Positions 35,531 through 35,856 of a stretch of DNA of 35,856 nucleotides are shown here, piece by piece. This stretch comes from Euglena gracilis (lineage: Eukaryota). The notes under the pieces were generated by a model. It was given only the letters and a program-made list of their open reading frames with translations, was not told the DNA's origin and made no database searches. Each line of letters starts with the position of its first letter. Positions within the stretch are counted from its first letter, which is position 1. Location of the stretch: contig CP154954.1 of assembly GCA_039621445.1 (NCBI GenBank), positions 15,457,805 through 15,493,660 of the forward strand, in the 5' to 3' direction. The position numbers and the translations under genes were made by a program.

Positions 35531-35755
35531 GGCCAGGGGCCGGCCGAGAGGTAGCGGTGCTGGGGACAAATTGCGACTGTGTGTTTCTGGCTTTTGATGG
35601 TCCGAGCAGCATTGAAAACGGGGCCAAAACTTGAATTTCCGACTTTTGAAGAAGGATCGCCGAGGTCGCCCACGCGACGCAAACAGGGGACCCCGCGCAC
35701 CATTTGTTCCTTGTTTGGGGGCTCGCCGGACACCAGTTCCCCTGCCCCTGCCTCC

Positions 35756-35856
35756 GCCACCTGGTCTCGGGCTTCGTTTCCCCGACCATCCTGAGCTGGC
35801 TGCAGCAGGGCCGGAGGCGCCCTTGCACCTGGGCCGTCCCCCCGCTACCCGCTCCG
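35756..35856 (+). CDS. Cyclase-gene exon, inter-domain linker (3' end uncertain, gene continues beyond window)
   Basis: Split codon A|GC then HLVSGFVSPTILSWLQQG, resembling the linker before the second cyclase domain. Confidence 0.65.

Overview
Eukaryotic, repeat-saturated DNA, most likely a euglenid nuclear genome: it holds an exact Euglena-type spliced-leader (SL) sequence at 3762-3787 and introns that follow the euglenid non-conventional consensus. The left ~20 kb is nested mobile DNA. It includes a >560-codon minus-strand coiled-coil ORF that the ORF track missed, a minus-strand ORF with several 2A/StopGo-like motifs, and an SL-headed, decayed CRE/SLACS-type non-LTR retrotransposon with two more 2A-like motifs upstream of its RT. 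It also has a tyrosine-recombinase (Crypton-like) element with a ~113-nt hairpin, and many MITEs. The right ~15 kb is a plus-strand, multi-exon soluble-type (ADCY10-like) class III nucleotide cyclase gene that runs off the window. I could splice it by eye through 3 GT-AG introns and 5 non-conventional (CAG...CTG paired) introns. All family assignments come from motif recognition, not database searches.
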